A stretch of 64,000 nt of DNA from Candidatus Woesearchaeota archaeon (GTDB lineage Archaea > Nanobdellota > Nanobdellia > Woesearchaeales > UBA10216): assembly GCA_016185705.1 (NCBI GenBank), contig JACPMZ010000003.1, positions 74,900 through 138,899 on the forward strand, read 5' to 3'. Positions within the stretch are counted from its first letter, which is position 1. The number at the start of each line of letters is the position of its first letter. The notes beneath the pieces were generated by a model. The model made no database searches and was not told the origin of the DNA. It was given only the letters and a program-made list of their open reading frames with translations. This document shows positions 57,800-64,000 of the stretch, piece after piece. The position numbers and the translations under genes were made by a program.

Positions 57800-58984
57800 T
57801 CATATTATGTCCTCCTTAACAACTTCTCCGGGCAGGGTTGTTTTGTCCGGCCATATCTTCCTGCCGGGATAAACTGACGTGCGGATGCCTGTCTTAACGT
57901 TATCGCCTATGGCTGTGCCAAACTTTCTGGTTGCAGTGCCTGTTAATTGACCGCTTACCCTTGACCTAACCTCTTCATTGTCATGGCGGAGATTTGCAAC
58001 AATAAAACCAGCTCCGAGATTAACATTCTCCCCAATGACAGAATCGCCGACATAGCTTAAGTGCGCAACGTGCGAGTTATCCATAACTATGGAATTTTTA
58101 ATTTCAACAGCATTTCCAATCCTGCAGTTGTCGCCAATGGACGTTGAAGCGCGGATGTAGCAGTTAGGGCCTATGTCGCAGTTCTCCCCAATTATCACAG
58201 GGCCTTCAATGTATGTGCCGCTCCTTAACAGCGTGTTTTTGCCCACAACAACTTTTCCCTTAATTGTAACGTTTTCCTCAACAGCTGAGGCAACATCCCC
58301 TTCAATATTGTTAAGCAGTTCCTCGTTTGCTTCCAGCAGAGACCACGGATAAGTTATGGGAATCCAGCTATCAGCTGTTTCCACAACTATTTTTTCCTGC
58401 TTTGCCAGAGATTTTACTGCATCTGTCAATTCGTACTCGCCGCGGGAGCTTTTATCAAGCTTTTCAATAACAGGAAATATTTTTCTGTCAAGAACGTAAA
58501 GCCCGGTATTGGCAATGCCCGTTGTCGGAGCTGCCGGCTTTTCCTTCAAGTCAATGAGTCTGCTGCCATCAGCAACTATTTCGCCGAACATGGCAATGTC
58601 CTTTACCTTCCTGCCGCTAATGCACAAATCATGCTTGACAGCTGCGGCAATAGCATCCCTGCTGTAAATGTCATCACCCATCAAAACAATGAATTTATCA
58701 TCCAAAAGCTTCTCAGCAGCAAGCAAAGCATGGGCCGTGCCTGTTTGCTGCGACTGCTCAATGAACGTCAGCTGAATATCAGCGAAGGCACTGCCAAGGT
58801 AATCGCTTATCCTGCTGCCTTCATGGCCGATGACGATGATAGCTTCATCCACAATGCCCCGCAGCTGGGAAAGCGTGTGCTCAATCACCGTTTTATTGGC
58901 TACTTTGAGCAAAGGCTTTGGCCTGTTAACTGTCAACGGAAAAGTCCTTGTGGATCTGCCAGCAGCCAGAATGACAGCTTTCAT
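57800..58984 (-). CDS. glmU: Archaeal GlmU-like sugar-1-phosphate nucleotidyltransferase/acetyltransferase
   Basis: ILAAG.STR..P...RPKP, GTAHAL and RGEYELTD motifs; left-handed beta-helix hexapeptides; HLSYVGDS. Confidence 0.9.
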   Translation of the reverse strand: MKAVILAAGRSTRTFPLTVNRPKPLLKVANKTVIEHTLSQLRGIVDEAIIVIGHEGSRISDYLGSAFADIQLTFIEQSQQTGTAHALLAAEKLLDDKFIVLMGDDIYSRDAIAAAVKHDLCISGRKVKDIAMFGEIVADGSRLIDLKEKPAAPTTGIANTGLYVLDRKIFPVIEKLDKSSRGEYELTDAVKSLAKQEKIVVETADSWIPITYPWSLLEANEELLNNIEGDVASAVEENVTIKGKVVVGKNTLLRSGTYIEGPVIIGENCDIGPNCYIRASTSIGDNCRIGNAVEIKNSIVMDNSHVAHLSYVGDSVIGENVNLGAGFIVANLRHDNEEVRSRVSGQLTGTATRKFGTAIGDNVKTGIRTSVYPGRKIWPDKTTLPGEVVKEDII

Positions 58985-60264
58985 TTTCCAACCTCTGCCT
59001 TAACAGCGTCTGCTATCCTTCCAGCCAATTCATTTATGCTGCCTTTGCCTTCCACCATGATGCGAAGCACGTTTTCAGTGCCCGAATAGCGAACAAAGAC
59101 CCTGCCCTGTTCCCCAGCTTCCTTAATTTTTTCCATAACATCAGGTATTGATTCCAGCGGCTTCTTTTCCTTAACAGCAACGTTAACAAAAACTTGCGGG
59201 TATTTTGCAATAATCCCTGAAAATTCAGAAAGCTTTTTGCCGAAACCAAGGATTTGGATAGCAGCCAACAGCGCATCAGCAGACCTTGCAAACTCAGAAA
59301 AAATGTAATGGCCTGAGCTTTCGCCGCCAAAACTGTAATTGTTGGCGAACATTTCTTCAGCCACCAATTTATCGCCGGTATTAACCCTTACGACTTTAAT
59401 ATCGTGTTTGCCTAAAGAATCGTCAAGCCCGGAATTGCTGTAATCAGTAACCACGATGGCGTTATTGCTGAGCCTGCCTTTTTCCTCCAGATTAACAGCG
59501 ATTGCAGCCATTACAGCATCAGAATCAACAACATTGCCCTGCTCATCAATCACTACAAGCCGGTCAGCGTCGCCGTCAAAGGCAATTCCTGCATCCAGCT
59601 TATTTTCTTTCACTATTTTTTGCAGCTGCTCAGGATGCATGGCACCGCTCTCATTTATGTTGCTGCCGTCAGGATGGTTGCCGATGACAGTAACGGATGC
59701 ATCCAGCTTTTCAAAAACTTCTGCTGCAATGAAAGAGGCAGAGCCATTGCCGCAGTCAATGCCGACTTTCAATCCCTGCAGGTTTCCGCTGCTTACCAAA
59801 AATTCCTTGTAAGCCCCGTAGCTTTCCAGACTGCGCTCTTTAGGCCCTGCGCCAGCCGCTCTGAAAGATTTTGATGCAAGTATGGCTTCAAGCTTTTCCT
59901 GCTCATCGTCAGAAAACTTAAATCCGCTGCTGCCAAAAAATTTAAAGCCGTTCTCATCCGGAGGATTGTGCGAAGCAGAAATCATAATGCCGCAAGCAGC
60001 TTTCTCATTCATTACCGCGAAAGAAACAGCATTGCTTGGAACGACTCCGAGCAGCAGCGCTTCGCCTCCGGAATCAATTATGCCTTTCGCCAAAGCAGTT
60101 TGCAGAGCTTTTCCTGATGACCTCGTGTCCCTGCCGATAATAATTTTCGGAGTTTCAGAATCAGCAAGCGCAACGACTGCTTTTCCCAATTCAAATGCAA
60201 AGCCCTCAGTAACCGGATGCTGATTTGCCTTTCCACGGATTCCGTCGGTGCCGAAAAGAGTCAT
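58981..60264 (-). CDS. glmM: Phosphoglucosamine mutase
   Basis: LFGTDGIRG, SASHNP, FDGDADR, GGESSGH and RYSGTE motifs. Confidence 0.93.
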   Translation of the reverse strand: MTLFGTDGIRGKANQHPVTEGFAFELGKAVVALADSETPKIIIGRDTRSSGKALQTALAKGIIDSGGEALLLGVVPSNAVSFAVMNEKAACGIMISASHNPPDENGFKFFGSSGFKFSDDEQEKLEAILASKSFRAAGAGPKERSLESYGAYKEFLVSSGNLQGLKVGIDCGNGSASFIAAEVFEKLDASVTVIGNHPDGSNINESGAMHPEQLQKIVKENKLDAGIAFDGDADRLVVIDEQGNVVDSDAVMAAIAVNLEEKGRLSNNAIVVTDYSNSGLDDSLGKHDIKVVRVNTGDKLVAEEMFANNYSFGGESSGHYIFSEFARSADALLAAIQILGFGKKLSEFSGIIAKYPQVFVNVAVKEKKPLESIPDVMEKIKEAGEQGRVFVRYSGTENVLRIMVEGKGSINELAGRIADAVKAEVGK

Positions 60265-61994
60265 TTCACTGTCACCGCTTTTGCCAAGTTACGCGGATAA
60301 TCCGGATTCAGCCCTTTAAGCAAAGCCAAATGATAAGCCAGCATCTGCACAGGAATAATGTTTACAATAGGAGATGCGTTGCCTGCATCAGGCACTTTCA
60401 GCCAGTAATCAAACGCCTCGTTGTTTTCCGGAGCTATTCCAATAATGAAGCCGCCTCTTGCTTTTATTTCCATGGCGTTGCTAATCATCTCTGCCTTAAC
60501 GCTGTCATTGGCGACCAAAGCAATGCACGGCGTTCCCTCATCAATCAGTGCAAGCGGGCCGTGCTTAAGCTCGCCGGCGGCAAAGCCCTGGGCGTTTATG
60601 CAAGCTGTTTCCTGCAGCTTAATGGCTGCTTCCAGAGCCATTGGATAATTGATGCCCCTTCCAATAATGTACATGTCGCTTCTTTCTTTCAGCATCTCAG
60701 CCAATTTTTTTATGTGTTCCTCGTAGCGCGGGTTAAGCATATCATTAACCTGCTCAGCCACATTCAAAAGCAGCAGCTTGCCTTCCTGAAGCTTTCCGAT
60801 GGAAGCGTAAGCCAAAAGAGTAACGACTGCGAGCTGCGCTGTTGTTGCCTTTGTTGACACAACAGCGCGTTCAGCGCCTGCATTAACCATGAAGTACTGG
60901 TCAGAAGCGCGCATCATGGTGCTGCCGAAAACATTGAGCAGCGAGATGACTTTGGAGCCGCTTTTTTTGGCTGCGTCAATCGCCTCAAGAACATCTGCTG
61001 TTTCCCCGCTCTGCGAAACAGCAATTATCAAAGACTTTGGCGTCAGGTAATGGCTGTAGTTGGGGAATTCCGAGGCAACGTAGGAATTCACGTGCTTTCT
61101 GGCAACTTTAGAAAAAAGGTACTCGGCAGCCATGCATACTTTTCCTGCGGTGCCGCAGCCAACAAGGAAAGTGCCGTACGCGTTATTAATATCAGCTGCC
61201 ACTGACATGATTTTTGACTCATCCTGATTAATGGCTTTGTAAAGTGTTTCTTTCTGGTCCATAATCTCCTTAATCAGGTAATGCTCATAGCTGCCCTTCT
61301 CTGCTGATTCAGGCTGCCAGTCAATTTCCACAACTCTTTTGCTTACTTTTTCACCGCTGTCAATGCTGTAAAAATGAGCCGCTTCATCAATTATTACCAG
61401 CTCGTTATCGTCAAGGTACTGAACATTCTTTGTGTGATTGAAAAACGCGCTTATGTCGGAGGCAATGAAAAACTCATCCCTGCCGATGCCTACTATGAGC
61501 GGAGCTCCTTTTCTTGCAGCAGCCAGCCTGTTTTCATACTTCGCAACAAAAGCTGAGCGGCCCTTCAGCAGCTTAGCAGCTTCCTTAATTGCCTGCTCAA
61601 AGCCAATGGAAAGCTTCTCCTCAATAAGGTGGGAAACCGTTTCAGAATCAGTGTCAGACGCAAAGCGGTGCGAGCTTAAGGAAGCTTTAAGCTCCTGATA
61701 ATTCTCAACAATGCCGTTGTGAACAACAGCAACCCTTCCTGAGCAGTCAAGATGGGGATGCGCATTCTGCCAGGTAACAGGGCCGTGGGTGCTCCAGCGG
61801 GTATGGCCAATCGCAATGCTGCTCGGGCTTATGACAACGTTGCCGCTTTCGCCAATCCTGCCAACCCTCTTAACAACCTCAGAGCCAGTTGCTATTCCCC
61901 ACGAATCATAGCCGCGGTACTCAAGCGCCTTCAAGCCATCCAAAACGACCTTAGAAGCGTCTTTCCATCCCTTATAAGCAATTATGCCGCACAT
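60261..61994 (-). CDS. glmS: Glutamine-fructose-6-phosphate transaminase
   Basis: MCGII, LEYRGYDS, GHTRW, HNG, SQSGETAD, ELKHGP and PRNLAKAVT motifs. Confidence 0.97.
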   Translation of the reverse strand: MCGIIAYKGWKDASKVVLDGLKALEYRGYDSWGIATGSEVVKRVGRIGESGNVVISPSSIAIGHTRWSTHGPVTWQNAHPHLDCSGRVAVVHNGIVENYQELKASLSSHRFASDTDSETVSHLIEEKLSIGFEQAIKEAAKLLKGRSAFVAKYENRLAAARKGAPLIVGIGRDEFFIASDISAFFNHTKNVQYLDDNELVIIDEAAHFYSIDSGEKVSKRVVEIDWQPESAEKGSYEHYLIKEIMDQKETLYKAINQDESKIMSVAADINNAYGTFLVGCGTAGKVCMAAEYLFSKVARKHVNSYVASEFPNYSHYLTPKSLIIAVSQSGETADVLEAIDAAKKSGSKVISLLNVFGSTMMRASDQYFMVNAGAERAVVSTKATTAQLAVVTLLAYASIGKLQEGKLLLLNVAEQVNDMLNPRYEEHIKKLAEMLKERSDMYIIGRGINYPMALEAAIKLQETACINAQGFAAGELKHGPLALIDEGTPCIALVANDSVKAEMISNAMEIKARGGFIIGIAPENNEAFDYWLKVPDAGNASPIVNIIPVQMLAYHLALLKGLNPDYPRNLAKAVTVK

Positions 61995-62177
61995 AAAGAC
62001 TCACTGAAACAACCATGGCAGCCGCTTATTAAAGGCAGCTGCCACAGAGGTGTTCATGCTGCTTAAGGTAGGCATGCATATATAAAAGCATTATTAAAAC
62101 AATGTTATTACTATTATAAATAAAATTATAGTTTTTGGTTGCGAAAGTTTTATTAAGCCCATTCACATACCGCATGC

Positions 62178-62279
62178 ATGCGCTACATCCACCAAATAGT
62201 GAGCAATGACATAATGCTGATGCTTCTCCTCATCATGCTGACGGTTATTATCATTGTGAACAGCAGCTCTGTTCCGTAG
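62178..62279 (+). CDS. Possible 33-aa single-TM microprotein
   Basis: MRYIHQIVSNDIMLMLLLIMLTVIIIVNSSSVP*, downstream of a TATA-like box (ttttattaag). Confidence 0.35.
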   Translation: MRYIHQIVSNDIMLMLLLIMLTVIIIVNSSSVP

Positions 62280-62313
62280 GGTCAATGCTATCCGCTGCCC
62301 CTTTCCCACAACA

Positions 62314-62365
62314 GCGCTTTATTTTCTCCGCCCTTAACTTTAGGGGAGGGGAGAAAATAAAGCGC
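62314..62365. repeat. Intergenic palindrome family, copy 12
   Basis: gcgctttattttctccgccctt-aactttag-gggaggggagaaaataaagcgc. Confidence 0.8.
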
Positions 62366-62397
62366 GGAACAAGATATTAGCATTCGAAGGAACTTGC

Positions 62398-62958
62398 ATG
62401 AAAAAAGAAATAAGACTTCTTGGAATCGACGATGCGCCTTTTGACAAGTTCAAGGACAAAAAAACACTGATAGTCGGCGTTTTTTTCCGGGGCGGAGGCA
62501 GCGTGGATGGAATACTTTCGGAAACTGTTGACATAGACGGAAGCGATGCGAGCGAGAAAATCATTGAGATGGTGAACCGCAGCAAGTTCAGGACGCAGCT
62601 GAGGGCTATAATGCTGAAAGGAATAGCATTCGCAGGCTTTAACCTCATAGACATTGAAAAAGTCAGCAAAAAAACAGGAATACCTGTAATAGTGGTAATG
62701 CGGCGGCTGCCCGACAAAGAAAGAATCGGACGCATACTTGCAAAGCTGCGCAAAGAGAGCAGCATAAAGCTGATGGAAAAAGCAGGGCAGATAAGCAAAG
62801 CAGGCGCCATCTACATTCAGTTCAGCGGAACAACGCCTGAGCAGGCAAAGGAAATAATCAGGATAAGCAGCAGCCGCGGAAACATTCCTGAGCCAATCAG
62901 AGTAGCGCACCTGATTGCAGGCGGGGTTAAGCTCGGGCAGAGCAGGGGGAAGGCGTGA
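62398..62958 (+). CDS. DUF99/UPF0215 family (endonuclease V-like fold)
   Basis: LGIDDAPF, DGSDA, GIAFAGFN and IPEPIRVAHLIA motifs. Confidence 0.88.
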   Translation: MKKEIRLLGIDDAPFDKFKDKKTLIVGVFFRGGGSVDGILSETVDIDGSDASEKIIEMVNRSKFRTQLRAIMLKGIAFAGFNLIDIEKVSKKTGIPVIVVMRRLPDKERIGRILAKLRKESSIKLMEKAGQISKAGAIYIQFSGTTPEQAKEIIRISSSRGNIPEPIRVAHLIAGGVKLGQSRGKA

Positions 62959-63042
62959 ACTTCTCTGGAAAAACAAAAAAATATATAAATATCTTTTTAT
63001 ATCAATAGATATCTTTTAGATGATAAAGATATTCGCTGAAGA

Positions 63043-63409
63043 TTGCACTGGAAAGGCAAGCTGCTGGTGTTCACGTGGCATGTCAAGAACTGCGGACTGA
63101 AGTCCACAGCGTGCAGTTCTTGAGCATGCTCAGAAACGCTGAATGCTTACTCCGCACTGAAGTAAGGAGATTGCGCATCAGCGTTTCTGACATTTCAAGA
63201 AAGAGTTTGAGGATATTAGGAAGCCAATAGAATTTGTTTTGGACATACTGGACGGTGGAGAACGTGTGCGAGTATCAAAGCGGCAGAACAAATACAATGT
63301 GTTTTATCCATTTGGAAGAAAATACTTGTGCCTTTCATATGTTGAGCACGAACAAATAATCTTGATACATATCAAACCTATTTGGAGAAAACCGGAGGCA
63401 AGAAAATGA
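63043..63409 (+). pseudogene. Putative RelE/DUF4258-like toxin interrupted by a 112-bp insertion
   Basis: Removing 63082-63193 gives an 84-aa ORF, MHWKGKLLVFTWH|FKKEFEDIRKPIEFVLDILDGGERVRVSKRQNKYNVFYPFGRKYLCLSYVEHEQIILIHIKPIWRKPEARK*. Its TGA overlaps the antitoxin ATG. Confidence 0.72.
63082..63193. mobile_element. 112-bp cruciform insertion with a CAT duplication
   Basis: Hairpin tcaagaactgc/gcagttcttga, linker gcatgc, hairpin tcagaaacgctg/cagcgtttctga. CAT occurs at 63079-81, 63125-27 and 63191-93. Confidence 0.78.
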
Positions 63410-63735
63410 AAAAATTCATGAAAACCTGTTACAAATGCGGAAGCAGCGTTCATGCAGCCAAAATTATGAAAGAAGGAGTTAAGCTGAACGGCTTGAAGTG
63501 CCCCAAATGCGGAGAAGAATATTTTACGTCAAGCGAATTGGTCAAGTTTGACATTCTTAAAGGGAAAAGAAAGCTGATAAGAAAATTCGGAGTCCTCGGA
63601 GATTCCACCATTATGCGATTCCCAAATGACGTGCTTGAAGATTATGGAATAAAGCCCGGCGATTACGGCGCATTTGAAAAAAGGCCAGAAGGCATACTAA
63701 TCAAGCCAGTTCATTCCAAAGAACTGGAAATGTAG
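63406..63735 (+). CDS. Zinc finger + AbrB-like putative antitoxin
   Basis: CYKCG...CPKCGEEYF, then RKFGVLGDSTIMRFP...YGIKPGD. Same architecture as 20424..20753. Confidence 0.78.
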   Translation: MKKFMKTCYKCGSSVHAAKIMKEGVKLNGLKCPKCGEEYFTSSELVKFDILKGKRKLIRKFGVLGDSTIMRFPNDVLEDYGIKPGDYGAFEKRPEGILIKPVHSKELEM

Positions 63736-63825
63736 ATACGCCCAACTCTGCAGAACAGGGTACGGAAAAAGCGCAAACACGACTTTTTAACAATTTATTC
63801 TGCAAAACCTCATTTTTGCCCCAAA

Positions 63826-63942
63826 AAAGCCGGAAACTTTCCGGGCTTTCCGGAAAAACGATTCTTAGTTTTTAAAGCAGCCAGCAAAATTTCCGGACGA
63901 TTTGAATGAATATCCGGCTTTTCCGGAAACTTTCCGGAAAAT
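63826..63942. repeat. Cluster of (TTT)CCGG(AAA) palindromic motifs
   Basis: Seven CCGG cores in ~115 bp, for example ccggaaactttccgg twice. Confidence 0.6.
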
Positions 63943-64000
63943 CCTGGGCAAGGCATATTAACCTGGAAAATAAAAAAGAAAACGTGCAGGCGCAAACAGG

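Noticed and set aside
61995..62087. Canonical glmS ribozyme
   Set aside because: The leader is too short and lacks the conserved AGCGCC cleavage-site core.
25224..62365. Palindrome family as simple intrinsic terminators
   Set aside because: Several copies lie between divergent genes or inside TSD-flanked elements and lack a following U tract. A terminator role for individual copies is not excluded.
63082..63193. Insertion as a BHB-spliced mRNA intron
   Set aside because: None of the four possible cut registers gives a good 4-bp exon-intron helix. It is kept as a DNA insertion.

Overview
Archaeal chromosomal window that looks like a DPANN/Woesearchaeota-type genome. This lineage call is an inference from uS15-DHH, dph5, RIO1, TrmI, archaeal FtsZ, TATA promoters and an intron-containing tRNA. 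Content: a >2,900-aa surface protein running off the left edge (missed by the ORF track); an AT-rich type II restriction-modification/EVE cassette between two identical 55-bp direct repeats; a membrane-anchored glycoside hydrolase; tRNA-Gln(UUG) with two introns followed by two tandem toxin-antitoxin (TA) mini-cassettes, each ending in a copy of the tRNA 3' end; a Cys-rich secreted zincin; a glycogen/alpha-glucan cluster (GH15, debranching enzyme, GalT-like, GT3, GT4, GH57, three DUF5752-like proteins, GT4-HAD fusion); ftsZ; and glmS-glmM-glmU. The strongest unexplained signal is non-coding. Twelve intergenic ~50-bp palindromes share a CCCTCCCTTAA..TTAAGGGAGGG-type core while their arms co-vary. 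Several lie inside MITEs with IS1-like ends and exact 9-bp target duplications, or inside an unrelated element with 8-bp duplications. The window also holds a gene-carrying transposase-less cassette, a cruciform insertion that splits a toxin-like gene and shares its architecture with the tRNA T-loop intron, and three TA modules whose toxin is broken. No transposase or integrase is visible. All calls were made by eye; no database search was run.
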